Assembly: GCA_039811685.1 (NCBI GenBank)
Contig: JBDHZC010000002.1
Location: 256,001 to 320,000 of the forward strand
DNA length: 64,000 nt
Reading direction: 5' to 3'
Origin: Armatimonadota bacterium
Lineage (GTDB): Bacteria > Armatimonadota > UBA5829 > DSUL01
The position numbers and the translations under genes are program-made. Every line of letters starts with the position of its first letter. Positions within the stretch are counted from its first letter, which is position 1. The notes below the pieces were generated by a model. The model ran no database searches. It saw nothing but the letters and a program-made list of their open reading frames with translations, and was not told the origin of the DNA. This document shows, in pieces, positions 18,772-30,100 of the stretch.

Positions 18772-21446
18772 CCTGAAAAATCTCCTCCTCCCCCGAGAGC
18801 CTGCAAAGTCCGCTCCAACTCTCCAGCAGCCTCAGGTCCGATCTTTTTGCCTTCCCGAGTGACGTAAAAAGAGTCTCTGACATCCTGACCCCACGTGCTG
18901 ACCCGGGCGGAGTGTATGTGCCAGCCAAGCTCGGCAAACGCGCGGGTAAAGCGGTAGAGAAGACCGGGCTGATCCTTGGTTCTCACGTCCACAACCGTGT
19001 GCTCTTCTGAAAGATGGTCTGAGACTTCCAGCGTCCTGGACTGATAGTCCGGACTCAGTTTTTTCTGGTGTTGCTCGAGAAGTTTTTTCAGATCAAGCTC
19101 ACCTTTGAGTACTCTCACCATCTCCTTTTGCAGTTGCTGCTTCTTGAACTCCGGCAGTTGCTTGTCCTCGAAAGCGACATAGAGCATATCCAGAGCCACC
19201 TGCCCGCCGTTACCCCGGGTGAATACCTGAGCCGCATGCACGTCCACATCCAGCGCCCAGAGTACGCCGGCGATCTTCGAGAGCAGGCCGGGATGCGGAT
19301 CGTCCTCCACGCACAGCGTCAGTTCTGTGTAGTCTGAACCCGCATCCGCCTTGAAGCTCACGGACGGCTCACCCTGCAGAGCTTTCTGGATGAACTCCAC
19401 ATGCTCGGCCATCTCCTCGAGACGTGTGTTCAGCAGATACATCGGTGGCATGCGCACAATGTGCTCTTCGACGGCTTCAGGCGGAAGAGCCGTCAGAGAC
19501 AGCTCACGGCGCACACGGCTGCGATACTGCGCCAGATCTTCTTCCGAATCAATCAGAGGCGCCTTTGTGACGATCGCGCGCTCGGCGCGGAAATACAGCT
19601 CTCTGAGAAACCGCCCCTGAATCTCACTCCACCCACTCGCGCCAACGCCCAGGATATCAGCGTTAGTGAGCATATAAAGCATGCTCAACAGCTCCACGTC
19701 GTTGACAACAGCCACAAAGTCGTCCACGGTCCTGCGCAAGTTCAGGTCCCGCAGGCGCGCCGTATCTGACATAAGTTGATGGTGTCTGACCAGAAACTCC
19801 AGATGCACAATGCTCTGGTCGTCCAGCCTCAACCGCTGACCGATCTCCCTCACCATGATCGCGCCGCGCTCGGCGTGCTTGCCGCCTGCTCCTCCTTTGG
19901 CGATATCGTGAAGCAGAGCGGCGAGATAGAGTATCTCCGGACGCCGGATATTGGCGTAAATCCGCCGGGCGTCCTCGTCTGAGCTTCGGGTTAGACGTTC
20001 GCAGTGGCGCACTACCTGCAGCGAGTGCCATCCGACCGTGTACTCGTGGGCGGCATCGAAAGGGATCTGTCCCATGACGCGGCCGAACTCTGGGATATAC
20101 CAGCCCAGCACACCACAGTGAGACATCTCGATAATGGCGTCTCCGACATCATCCGAGCGCAAAATCATCAGGAACAGACGCGCCGCATCCTCAGCGTCAG
20201 GCGCATCTCCCACCGGCGGCGCGGCCGAAGCAACCGCTAGACGGATCGCATCCGTTACCATCTGCGAAAGGGTCAGGCCGTATCTTTGACAGTACGCGAA
20301 CGCTCTGAGGCAGGCTACGGGATCGTTCAGAAACGCTTCCGGGTTGTCAAGAACCACCTGCCCATCCTCGGCGCATAGCCCGGGTTCAAGCTCCATCCGC
20401 TTGGAGCGAACACGTCTGAGCATTTTTTCAGCCGTGCGCCGCGCCCCTTCCGCATGCCGGTAATAGTCCCGCATGAGTGTGACAACCGCCGGCTCCTCTT
20501 GGGAATCCTCATAGCCCAGCTTCGGCGCAATGGCGCTCTGCTTTTGAGAAGTCAGCGTGTCCGCCTGCCTTCCAGATTCCAGATGCATTTTCCAGCGAAT
20601 CCGGGAGAACATCTCCATCACATCGTACACTCTGTCCACTTCCGCGCTTGTGAGCAGACCGTGCTGGCGAATGTCTTCCCAGACTGCCTCCCGATCAAAA
20701 CCGTAGGCCACCTGCGCCAGCCAACTTGTCAGATGAAGGTCGCGCAGCGATCCCTCGCCCTCTTTGATATCGGGTTCAACCCGGTAAACACCGCGACCGT
20801 GACGACTGATTGATGCCTCGCGCTCTTTGAGCTTGTCATGCATAAACGCCACGGGGTGAATGCTGCGTCTCAGCTCATCCTGGAACGATTGGGCAAGTTC
20901 CCTGCTGCCCGACACAAAGCGAGCGTCCAGCAAAGCAGTCTGATTCTGGTGGTGCAGCCCCGCAGCTTCTTCCAACAGCCGGTAGGCATACCCAACTTTC
21001 AGATTCGCCTCCGCCAGGAACACGTCCATGATCAGCCGGAACATCTCCCGGGTAATCTCATCCAGCAGGGGATCGTCATCTGACGCTGAGATAAAGCTGA
21101 TGTCAATGTCACTGAAAGGAGCCAGTTCACGCCGGCCGTATCCGCCCGTAGCGACGATCGCCAGAGACCTTTGGGCCACAGCCAGAGGACTGAGCCCCTG
21201 ACCCGAAGACTCCGAAGGCTTTGTCACCTGCTCACATGCCACTTCCAGCATCCGCTGGACGACCACATCAATCAAATCGCTCAACAGGGCCATACGCGCG
21301 CGGCCAGACAGGCCTTTCGAGTTGTCAATCAACTCCTGGCGCTTGGAAATCAGCGCAGCCGCCAGTTCCTTGACCGTAGAGAGCGGTTTGAGCGCGTTTC
21401 GCGCGGACTCTTTCCAGTTGGCGAACGCGGGCACGTTCTCTGGCAT
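18768..21446 (-). CDS. glnD: Bifunctional P-II nucleotidyltransferase/nucleotidyl-removing enzyme
   Basis: ATGGYGRRELAPFSDID NTase, PDIKEGEGSLRDLH, HD domain (HEYTV..HS; LLHDIAKG), two C-terminal ACT domains. Confidence 0.96.
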   Translation of the reverse strand: MPENVPAFANWKESARNALKPLSTVKELAAALISKRQELIDNSKGLSGRARMALLSDLIDVVVQRMLEVACEQVTKPSESSGQGLSPLAVAQRSLAIVATGGYGRRELAPFSDIDISFISASDDDPLLDEITREMFRLIMDVFLAEANLKVGYAYRLLEEAAGLHHQNQTALLDARFVSGSRELAQSFQDELRRSIHPVAFMHDKLKEREASISRHGRGVYRVEPDIKEGEGSLRDLHLTSWLAQVAYGFDREAVWEDIRQHGLLTSAEVDRVYDVMEMFSRIRWKMHLESGRQADTLTSQKQSAIAPKLGYEDSQEEPAVVTLMRDYYRHAEGARRTAEKMLRRVRSKRMELEPGLCAEDGQVVLDNPEAFLNDPVACLRAFAYCQRYGLTLSQMVTDAIRLAVASAAPPVGDAPDAEDAARLFLMILRSDDVGDAIIEMSHCGVLGWYIPEFGRVMGQIPFDAAHEYTVGWHSLQVVRHCERLTRSSDEDARRIYANIRRPEILYLAALLHDIAKGGAGGKHAERGAIMVREIGQRLRLDDQSIVHLEFLVRHHQLMSDTARLRDLNLRRTVDDFVAVVNDVELLSMLYMLTNADILGVGASGWSEIQGRFLRELYFRAERAIVTKAPLIDSEEDLAQYRSRVRRELSLTALPPEAVEEHIVRMPPMYLLNTRLEEMAEHVEFIQKALQGEPSVSFKADAGSDYTELTLCVEDDPHPGLLSKIAGVLWALDVDVHAAQVFTRGNGGQVALDMLYVAFEDKQLPEFKKQQLQKEMVRVLKGELDLKKLLEQHQKKLSPDYQSRTLEVSDHLSEEHTVVDVRTKDQPGLLYRFTRAFAELGWHIHSARVSTWGQDVRDSFYVTREGKKIGPEAAGELERTLQALGGGGDFSG

Positions 21447-21599
21447 TATCGCTGTGTTAATCTGTCTGTCCTCACTGTCTCAGGAGTTGGCCAGCCATCG
21501 CTCTGGCGCCGCAATCAGCCCACTCCTCGCGTTCGGGAGACCGAGATGATACTCTGGCTTGAAGGTCACGTCCGGCCCCTGTGAGACGGCTCGCCACGC

Positions 21600-21941
21600 T
21601 CACTTGAGCGCCGAATCCCCCTGCTCTCCCGTTCGGATGCGCAGAGCGTTGTCAATTCTTGACATGAAAACTTTACCATCGCCGATATCGCCGGTCGCCG
21701 CTGCCTGCGTAATGGCCTTCACTACCTGATCCGCCTCAGCGTCTGAGACGACGGTCTCCAGTTTGATCTTGTCGAGCAGGTTCACAATGTACTCCTGCCC
21801 CCTGTAGTGCTGCGTCCGTCCGCGCTGCTTTCCGGAACCCATCACATGAATCACTGTCATGCCCTGCACTCCGAGCGCATCCAGCGCCGCCTTGACGTCA
21901 TCCAGCTTGTTCGGCCGTATGATGGCTTCAATCTTGATCAT
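21600..21941 (-). CDS. glnK: P-II nitrogen regulator, amtB-linked
   Basis: KIEAIIRP, GSGKQRG, YRGQEY, TGDIGDGKVF; GGAGG RBS before ATG 21941. Confidence 0.93.
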   Translation of the reverse strand: MIKIEAIIRPNKLDDVKAALDALGVQGMTVIHVMGSGKQRGRTQHYRGQEYIVNLLDKIKLETVVSDAEADQVVKAITQAAATGDIGDGKVFMSRIDNALRIRTGEQGDSALK

Positions 21942-22043
21942 CCGCTTATCCTCCAAAACTCCAGTGCGTGGCAGGGCGGCCCCGCCTCCTGGAACACTTC
22001 ACGCAATGTTGAGCGCCCGCTGGACACCCAAAATCAACCGAAG

Positions 22044-23417
22044 CTAGACGGCTTCGAGATGATAGCCTACTTCCCCATGCTGCGTCAGATCCAGACCCAT
22101 CGCCTCATCCTCCCGCGTCACCCTGATTCCGGAAAGCAACTTTATGACACTCAGTATCGCTATTGACAGGGCAAAGGAGAAGACGGCCGTCGCGGCGACA
22201 GCAACAATCTGCCTCCAGAGCAACTGCACTCCACCGCCAAAGAAAAGTCCGTTGTACCTGACCATCCCGGGGTTGATCGCCTTTGTCGCAAACAACCCGG
22301 TGGCGATGGCCCCGAAGGAGCCCCCGACAAAGTGTACGCCCACCACATCCAGCGCATCATCCAGACGAAGTCTGCTCTTGAGCTGGATTGCGCAGTAGCT
22401 AAGCGGACTGATCGCCAGCCCTATGATAATGGACGATACAGGACCGACATAGCCCGCGGCCGGTGTGATGGCGACGAGACCCGCCACAGCCCCGGAAGCA
22501 GCGCCCAGCGCAGTCGCTTTTCCTGTAGCCAGCCGCTCCACCGCCATCCAGCTCAGCGCCGCTGCGGCCGCCGCCGTGTTTGTGGCGACGAATGCGCTTG
22601 AGGCAAGCGCTGAAGCGCCAATAGCGCTGCCCGCATTGAAGCCAAACCATCCAAACCACAGAATACCCGCGCCAAGCACAGTCATCGTGACGTTGTGGGG
22701 CGCCAACTCTTCACTGCCCAGATGCTGCCGCCGCCCCAGCATCAGCGCGCATGCCAGTGCGGCGACGCCGGAAGAGATATGCACAACAGTGCCTCCCGCA
22801 AAATCCAGCGCCCCGAGTGTGCGCAACCACCCCCCAGTGCCCCACACCCAGTGAGCAACCGGGCAGTAAACCAAAATAGACCAGAGAAACGTGAAGGCCA
22901 TGTAAGCCCCGAACTTCATCCTCTCCGCCAGTGCTCCGGAGATCAGAGCCGGAGTGATGATGGCAAACATCGCCTGATAAATCATGTAGGTCGTATGTGG
23001 AATTGTCGGGGCGTAGTCCGGGTTCGGCGCAGCGCCAACTCCCCTCAGACCCAGCCAGCCGAGATCCCCTATGAGCGATCCGTGCCCGGAAAATGACAGG
23101 CTGTATCCCCAGAGCACCCAGGTGAGACCGACCATCGCCATCATCGAAAAGCTGTGCATAGTGGTGCTAAGAACGTTCTTGGAACGTACCATGCCCGCAT
23201 AGAACAGCGCGAGCCCGGGCGTCATAAACAGCACCAGCGCCGAGGAGACGAGCATCCAGGCGGTATCGCCCGTGTCAATGCTTCCCGATACCTGCTGCGC
23301 CTCAAGCGCTCTGTGAAGCAGAAGAAGAAGCGTGGACAGGATAGCGACGGCAACTGGCCGAGCCACAAGCCGCTTACCGGCGCCTGTTGACAACCGTTTT
23401 CTAATTGAACTGGTCAC
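22044..23417 (-). CDS. amtB: Ammonium transporter
   Basis: DTAWMLVSSALVLFMTPGLALFY, LDFAGGTVVH, LWFGWFGFNAGS, DDALDVVGVH. Confidence 0.98.
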   Translation of the reverse strand: MTSSIRKRLSTGAGKRLVARPVAVAILSTLLLLLHRALEAQQVSGSIDTGDTAWMLVSSALVLFMTPGLALFYAGMVRSKNVLSTTMHSFSMMAMVGLTWVLWGYSLSFSGHGSLIGDLGWLGLRGVGAAPNPDYAPTIPHTTYMIYQAMFAIITPALISGALAERMKFGAYMAFTFLWSILVYCPVAHWVWGTGGWLRTLGALDFAGGTVVHISSGVAALACALMLGRRQHLGSEELAPHNVTMTVLGAGILWFGWFGFNAGSAIGASALASSAFVATNTAAAAAALSWMAVERLATGKATALGAASGAVAGLVAITPAAGYVGPVSSIIIGLAISPLSYCAIQLKSRLRLDDALDVVGVHFVGGSFGAIATGLFATKAINPGMVRYNGLFFGGGVQLLWRQIVAVAATAVFSFALSIAILSVIKLLSGIRVTREDEAMGLDLTQHGEVGYHLEAV

Positions 23418-23521
23418 TGCAGCCGTCCTGCGCGCTCCCCAATGTTGTCATCTCGGACCGGGTCCCTGTTCAAAACCCGACAGCAGAAGTGAAATGACAC
23501 CGGGAAACGCTGCCCTTTCTC

Positions 23522-23586
23522 AGTATGAGTTCATGGTAATGCGACAATGTTAAGATCAGATTTCAGAGGTACTAACAGTGGTTTTC
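23522..23586 (-). promoter_or_regulatory. amtB promoter region with four GlnR-box-like pentamers at 11-bp spacing and a candidate -10
   Basis: Minus strand GAAAA-n6-TTAGT-n6-GAAAT-n6-TTAAC (23586 to 23549), then CATACT at 23527-23522. Confidence 0.55.
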
Positions 23587-23698
23587 AAGTGCTTTCAGGA
23601 CAGAGCTGAGGAACAAGACCTGAGACGCGGCGCTGCGAGCGATCCTGGCGCGACAGGCGCTTCGATGAAGAGGCGTTCTTTGCAGGGGCGGTTGGCAG

Positions 23699-24376
23699 CT
23701 ACGGCAGAGGCGTGAAGCGATAGCCTACCCCGCGCACCGTGCTGACACAGTCCTGATAGGGCTCGCCCAGCTTCGTGCGGATGCGGCGGATGTGGACATC
23801 CACAGTGCGTGTGCCGCCGTAGTAGTCATAACCCCACACGCGGGCCAGGAGTGACTCTCTGGTGTGCACGCGGCTGCGGTGGGTCACCAGATACTTGAAG
23901 AGTTCGAACTCTTTGAAAGTCAGGGGGATGACGTCGCCGCCCACGCGCACCTCATAGTTCGCGAAGTCCAGACTCAGCGCTCCAAACTCGATGCTGCCCT
24001 CTTGCCGGATGCGGCTGTGCGTCCAGAACAGAAGGCGGATCCGCACAGACAGCTCTCCCGCTGCGCCCGGAACAACCACAAAATCGTCAGCGCCCCACGT
24101 GAGGTCAAACTCATCCAGCGCCTCCTGGTGAATCAGCAGGAATGTGGGCATGGCAGGGATACCCAGCTCCATCTCAAGGCGCTGCTTCACGGTCCTCGCG
24201 CCCGGGCCAGAGCCAGGCAGGTCGATCACCAGCGCTTCCGGCGCCATCTGAGAAAGAGCCGCGATGAGTGACTCAGTGTCGCTTGGAGTCCACAACACCT
24301 GGTGATTGGCAAGAGTCAACTCGCGGCGGACTCCACCGATTGAGCGTTCATCATCTGAAACAACGAGAATGCGCAT
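23699..24376 (-). CDS. glnR: Orphan OmpR-family regulator of the actinobacterial GlnR type
   Basis: Atypical receiver with ..TWGADDF..; wHTH LTFKEFELFKYL and VWGYDYYGGTRTVDVHIRRIRTKLG; directly upstream of amtB; no kinase nearby. Confidence 0.8.
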   Translation of the reverse strand: MRILVVSDDERSIGGVRRELTLANHQVLWTPSDTESLIAALSQMAPEALVIDLPGSGPGARTVKQRLEMELGIPAMPTFLLIHQEALDEFDLTWGADDFVVVPGAAGELSVRIRLLFWTHSRIRQEGSIEFGALSLDFANYEVRVGGDVIPLTFKEFELFKYLVTHRSRVHTRESLLARVWGYDYYGGTRTVDVHIRRIRTKLGEPYQDCVSTVRGVGYRFTPLP

Positions 24377-24496
24377 AGTGTGTGGCCTTGTGCCAATCCG
24401 TATAGGGCGAAAAACGATTATCTATCTGAGAAAGAGTCTGAACAGAGTCACCACTCTGGCTGCGGCTCAGCGGAGCAGAGAAACTCGCCCTGTGTG

Positions 24497-26557
24497 TCAC
24501 GGCCAGGGCCAGAACGCATAGGTGCGGATATCCAGCAGCACGCCTATGATAAGCCACGCCCCTCCTATGACACACTCACCCAGTATAAGCCCCATGAAGA
24601 ACGGGAGCGTTTTGCGATACATCCGCAACCCGCCGTAGCGCAACATCAGGCCCTTGAGCGCCCAGGCTATGAACATTGATAACCATAACAGGCTCATAGA
24701 CCACGAGCTGGACACAGCATATCCGACTGGATGAAACGGAAACCACGCCAGGCGCATCCGGAGAGTGTTCAACGCAATGGTAAGCGCAAATCCGGCCGTT
24801 ATGGCCTCTACTGTATGCCGGGCAAGACCTGCGCTCTGGGGAGCTTTCAACCAGCCGTCCAGCCGGTTGTACGGCTCCCCTCCAAAGATCAATGGCACGT
24901 CCGGCGGCGCCATTCTCGCCGCAGCGCCATATTTGTACGTCAGTGTCAGCACCGCCCAGAACGCCGCATACGTTCCCACGATTACCGCCAGCGTCATCGC
25001 CACACCCAGGCGCCGGTAGTTCATCCCGGTGCGCTCACCCATTTTCAGGCTCTCCAGCTCAACGGGCATTGGCAAAGAGCGGTAGGCGCGGTTGAACCAG
25101 CGAAACTGACTGAGCGCCGTCAGAGTCGCGCTGCCGGTGGGATTGGCCTGATCGGGGTGTGCGCCAAGGGCTTTCGTGCCCGCAATCAGCGCGATCATCC
25201 GATCGGGGCCGGAATCGTGGAGATCGTGCGCTGGAGGGCCAAGCTCGGCTCGCATCCGCGTAATCGCCAGCGCCAGCAGCCAGTAAACCGCGAAGAAGGT
25301 GATGGCTACCCACCACGGCATTCCCGCGAGATACGCAAAGCAGATGAGAAACACAGTTCCCAGGATGAATCCGAGACCTGCGAGACGGTAGGGCAGAGGT
25401 TCATCGGCATCACCCAGATCCCGCTTCCAGTCAACCGCGCCTCTGAGCAGCTCTCCAAAGTGCGCCCTGCTTGACCAGAGCGCAAAGGCCGCAATGCCAA
25501 TATAGGCTCCAAAGGACTGCTCGTTCACGAACGGTGTGCCTGGCGTATCAAAACCCTGCCACGATGAGAAGACGAACTGCGCTTTCCATGTGAGAAAAAA
25601 GAACCAGCACGAGAACGAAAGGTCCAGCGGCAACAGAATTCCGAGGCCGATAGCAAACGGATAGAAGCAGATGGGCATCCATCCGACAGCGTTCCACGGA
25701 CGGGTCGTGAAGACTGGAGTCAGGTCAATGCTCTTGGTGGGAATCATCGGGAGCTGCGGAAACAGAAAGCTCCAGCCGTTCCAGAAGTCGATGGTCCCCG
25801 CTACAGTGAAGCCAATCCACATAAGGCGGTCGCGGAATAACAGCGCCCCGGGCTGCGTCATATCCAGCGGCAACTGCACGAGCGGATAGGCAAGGCGTTC
25901 GCGCTGAGTCCACTGCCTGCGCAGCAAAATCACCAGGCACAGCATCGACAGCACCAGCACGATGATGAACGCACTCCAGCACGCTACCGGAGTGATCCAC
26001 CACCGAAGATTGTCCGGATCAAAGAATTTGTCATTACCCAGATAGAAGCCATCCAGCGCCCGCTTGTCACGAACTGACAGCCACGGCTTCATGTACGGAG
26101 CAATCAGCTTGTCCCACTGGTTGGTGCTGTTGGCGAAAAAGAACGGATGCGTCATCCCCGGCACCAGCACCTGAATGAAGTCGTGACTCACGAGCGCTGT
26201 CGAGATGTTGATCATAATGTAAACCGTCAACAGCTCGATCTGGCTGAACATCAGACGCGGGGCGACGCGACGCAAGAAGCCGTTCACAACAATGAGCGCC
26301 AGCAAAATCAGGATGGAGTTGAAGAAAAGCGAGATGGTCGTGGGGTGTCCTGAGTACCGGACGACCTCCATCATGTAGATCCACCACGCGTTAGGCCAGA
26401 TGAGGATAAGCCCGATGAGGATAGAGCGCAGGGAGATGCCACGCTCGACACCACCAGGCGGGATGACTTCTCTGTCGCGGACTGGCGGGCGCCCGGCAGC
26501 AGACGATGCAGCTTTGGGAGTGGATGGAGCCGAATACTGCCGGTCTGTAGTTTTCAA
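24497..26557 (-). CDS. Polytopic membrane protein, DUF6785/DUF6784 type (putative transporter), second paralog
   Basis: LRRQWTQRERLAYP, SFSCWFFF, RMRAELG, WFPFHPVGYA, PFFMGLILGE. Confidence 0.75.
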   Translation of the reverse strand: MKTTDRQYSAPSTPKAASSAAGRPPVRDREVIPPGGVERGISLRSILIGLILIWPNAWWIYMMEVVRYSGHPTTISLFFNSILILLALIVVNGFLRRVAPRLMFSQIELLTVYIMINISTALVSHDFIQVLVPGMTHPFFFANSTNQWDKLIAPYMKPWLSVRDKRALDGFYLGNDKFFDPDNLRWWITPVACWSAFIIVLVLSMLCLVILLRRQWTQRERLAYPLVQLPLDMTQPGALLFRDRLMWIGFTVAGTIDFWNGWSFLFPQLPMIPTKSIDLTPVFTTRPWNAVGWMPICFYPFAIGLGILLPLDLSFSCWFFFLTWKAQFVFSSWQGFDTPGTPFVNEQSFGAYIGIAAFALWSSRAHFGELLRGAVDWKRDLGDADEPLPYRLAGLGFILGTVFLICFAYLAGMPWWVAITFFAVYWLLALAITRMRAELGPPAHDLHDSGPDRMIALIAGTKALGAHPDQANPTGSATLTALSQFRWFNRAYRSLPMPVELESLKMGERTGMNYRRLGVAMTLAVIVGTYAAFWAVLTLTYKYGAAARMAPPDVPLIFGGEPYNRLDGWLKAPQSAGLARHTVEAITAGFALTIALNTLRMRLAWFPFHPVGYAVSSSWSMSLLWLSMFIAWALKGLMLRYGGLRMYRKTLPFFMGLILGECVIGGAWLIIGVLLDIRTYAFWPWP

Positions 26558-26609
26558 CCCCCGAGAACGCTCCTTCCAATGCTTTGCCGGATTGACAAAT
26601 GCCCGCTAA

Positions 26610-26638
26610 AGCGTAGCGTTCCAGAGGCGGTCTGTCAA
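26610..26638 (-). promoter_or_regulatory. sigma70-type promoter for the membrane protein gene (possibly reading into glnR)
   Basis: Minus strand TTGACA-17 nt-TACGCT. Confidence 0.6.
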
Positions 26639-26652
26639 GACGGGCCGAGAGA

Positions 26653-27108
26653 TCACCCGCCCCATACCTGCTCCATCAGGTGGTAGGATGTGCGCTGCAT
26701 GCCAAGCGACGCATAGGTTCTGAGCGCGGTGTCATTCTGGGCTTCAACATAGAGGCGCAGCCCTGCGGCATGCGATTCGAGCGCTGCTGTGCGAACGTGC
26801 TCAAAAAGCGCGCGAAAAACACCGCGGCGGCGGAACTCCGGCCAGACGTAAACGCTCTGAATCCACCAGATATCGCCATTGCGCCAGTCGCTCCACTCAT
26901 GCGTGATCATCAGCATCCCCGCAACTTCACCGCCAACCTCCGCGACAAAATACAGAGCTTTGGCCGGGTCTTCCAGCGCACGCCTGACACCTTCACCAAC
27001 GACAGAAGGCTTCAGAGCCAGCCCTTCTGTCTCCTGCGCCATACGAATGTTGCCCTGAGCGATTGCCTCGCAATCGCCAATGACCGCCTGACGGATATTG
27101 ATGTTCAC
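26653..27108 (-). CDS. GNAT family N-acetyltransferase
   Basis: EWSDWRNGDIWWIQSVYV.PEFRRRGVF, LRLYVE..N..A..Y; GTG start after a purine-rich RBS. Confidence 0.9.
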   Translation of the reverse strand: MNINIRQAVIGDCEAIAQGNIRMAQETEGLALKPSVVGEGVRRALEDPAKALYFVAEVGGEVAGMLMITHEWSDWRNGDIWWIQSVYVWPEFRRRGVFRALFEHVRTAALESHAAGLRLYVEAQNDTALRTYASLGMQRTSYHLMEQVWGG

Positions 27109-27128
27109 ACTCCCCCTTCGAAAGTCTT

Positions 27129-30100
27129 CTACGGATTGAGAGCTACAATGTCGGCTGCGCTCTGCACACGCACCACCCGCTGAATCTCTCCCTGATCCAG
27201 AACACACGAGCTGATCCCCGTGACAACAACTGTGGAACCAACAACCGGCAGCGCTGCGGATTCAAGCAGAACCCTGACGCCTTTCTGGCCGGATATGTCC
27301 TGAACACTGGAGCCGTCGGACACATAGAAAACGCCCTGCCCCGCGGAGACGACACGGCCACACACCCGCACCAGCAGGCCGACGTTGTTGAGTCCAAAAC
27401 CACCCGATACACCGGACTGACCCGCGCCGGACACCGCAGAAAAGGCCAGGTCCGCTCCGCCAAGCGTCTCCAGACGCATCACGAGTGACCCTGCCGCCCC
27501 CTGTCCGCTAACTGTGACAGAAGAAGCGATGACCTGCTTTTCCTGGTCAGGCGTCGTCTGCACCGTACCGCTGACTGAAACAAGCGCTCCACGCGCCAGT
27601 CCCTGCGGCATTGAGGCGACTCGGAGTCCAGCGGCCCGGCTGGCGCTCTGGATGTAGAAATACTCGGGGAACACAGCGGTCACAACAGCGCTCGGGATAT
27701 TCACGGCAGTGCCGTTGCTGGACATTCGCGCCGACTCCACGGACACGGCAACCACTGCGACATATTCGTCACTGCCAATATCCACAGAACTCCCTTGAGG
27801 CCGCGCCTGGCCGTCAAGATCGGACGCGGGGATATCGGGCGCCTGTGGCCAGGCGGTGTCAATACACGGAGAACCGGGCGCCAGGTGGTAGTCTCGAACG
27901 GACGGATTGACGAATATGGGATTCAGTTGGATGTCGCCTGTTCCGGGAACCGCCATGTCCGTGTAGTTCACCCCACCCGGATTGTAAACGCAGTTGCTGC
28001 GCAAAACTGCCGTCGTCCCCGCGTTGCCGGAGACACCGGAGGAGTTCAGAGCGACGATATTGTTGGCGACGGCTCCACTCGCGGGCAGCACAAGCGCGGC
28101 TGCTCCTGCATTTTGCGCCAGTGTGTTGTTCACTATGTTTGCAGAGCCCCCGGCGCAGTACAGACCCCCGCCAGAGGTGGCGGCGGTGTTGTTAGCCACA
28201 AGGTTTCCCGCGATAATCAGACTTCCCTCCGCTGCGTAGATGCCTCCGCCCGACCCCTGCCCGGCCGTATTTGAGACAACAGTGTTTCGTTCCAGCCGCG
28301 CCGACGCTGGAGACTGCAGATAGATTCCTCCGCCAGACCGCGCGCCGTTGCCAGAAACGGTGTTTCCGGTGATTTCTCCCCGGAAGCTTACGCCAGCGAT
28401 GGCCCCGCCATTAGCCCCGGCTCCGTCTGAGCTGTTCCCGCTGAAAATGTTATCCACGATACGCGCCCCCGTGGACACACAGTAAACTCCCGCGCCGGAG
28501 CCTGTCGCCAGATTTCCCGAGATGTCGCAATTAGAGATAACAGGGTCTGTTTCAGAGGCGACAATGCCCCCGCCGTTACCGGACGCCCCGTTGTTCGTGA
28601 TCCGGCAGCCCGTAATAGCGGGGGTGGAGAAGGTCATGCCGATGCCGCCTGCTGCGCCGCCTGAATAGTTGGCGCTGAGGACGCTGTTCTGGATAACCGG
28701 CGAGGAGTAGTAGGCAAAGAGCCCGCCGCCAGTATAGCTGGCGGTGTTGGCTGTAATGTTGCAGCCATTGATGAGAGGCGAGGACATCAGACAATAAATC
28801 CCCCCTCCAAAGACCGCCATGCCGTTTTGGACTCGAAAACTATCGAGCGTACACGTTTCAAATCCCGGCGCGGAAAAGATGACGCCAGTCGCCAGGGAGT
28901 CTGCATCAATTACGGACGGGCTTGGAGAGCCTGCAGGACGCTCAGAAGGCGCAGTCTCACTACCGGCAAAGCCGCCAAACAGGTGAATGTAAGGTTGCTG
29001 GACAGTCAGATTTTCAATGTACTCCCCGGACGCCACCCAGATGTCACCGCCAGTGACAGCAATCTGCGCGAGCGCGGCTGTGATGGTCCGCTTAGGGTGC
29101 GCCCAGTCTACCCCGCTGTTCGAATCCGTTCCAAACGGGGCCACACGCACGACTGCGGGTGAGAAGGTTCGCACCACTCCGTCGGATTCATCAGCCCCGA
29201 TATCCACCGCACCGCCAATAACACGCTGCTGTCCGTCAATGTCTGTCCAACCAGGCTGGATGAAAACTCCGCTGCCTGCGTCTTTGCACGGAGAATCCGG
29301 CTGGATGTGTGCCTCTCCACGCGCAGGGCTCACCAGGCGGGGATCCGAAGCGATGTCGCTGGCTGCTGCGGCGAGGCCTGAATAGTCATAGCGAGCAGGG
29401 TTGTAAACACAGTTGTGGCTGAGTGTTGGAGTTCCCGGGCTGATTGTCCTGTAGATGCCGCTTGAGTTGAGCGCGATGATGTTGTTGGCCAGATTGATCT
29501 GCGACCGGTCCAGCGCAATGCCACCGCCTTCCACCCCCGTACCATTGGCAACCACCGTGTTGTTCACAATGCTGAGCGCCGCAGTGCAGTTGTCCACACT
29601 CAATCCACCGCCTGAGTTAGCCGCGCTGTTGGCGTCAATGACGTTATTAGCGACCAGTCCGCTGGCAGCGCTCAGCCAGACCCCGCCTCCGCGGCTTCCT
29701 GAAGAGTTGCCCCTGATGACATTGTTGGTGACCAGCATTGGTCCTGTGCAATAAATCCCTCCGCCACCGCCAAGCGCGGAGCTTGTGTTGCGCACTATCG
29801 TATTGCCGGTTACCTGGACCGTCGAGGTTGCGTTGATGCTGATGCCCGCGCCTGTGCCCGCGAAGTTGCCCGTTATGGTGTTATTGGCGATGACCGGTGT
29901 GGCTCCGGCACAGGCGATGCCGCCGCCCGATGTCGCATAGCCATTCGTGAGTGTGAATCCATCCAGCCTGGAAGACCCGGCAGAAGGTGGGATTGTCACC
30001 ACCGATCCCGAGGCCATGCCGTTGATGACGACAGGGTGGAGTTTGATGTTTCGCTGTAAGATGGCGGTCTCAGTGCCGGCGAAACCTCCGTAAATCCACA

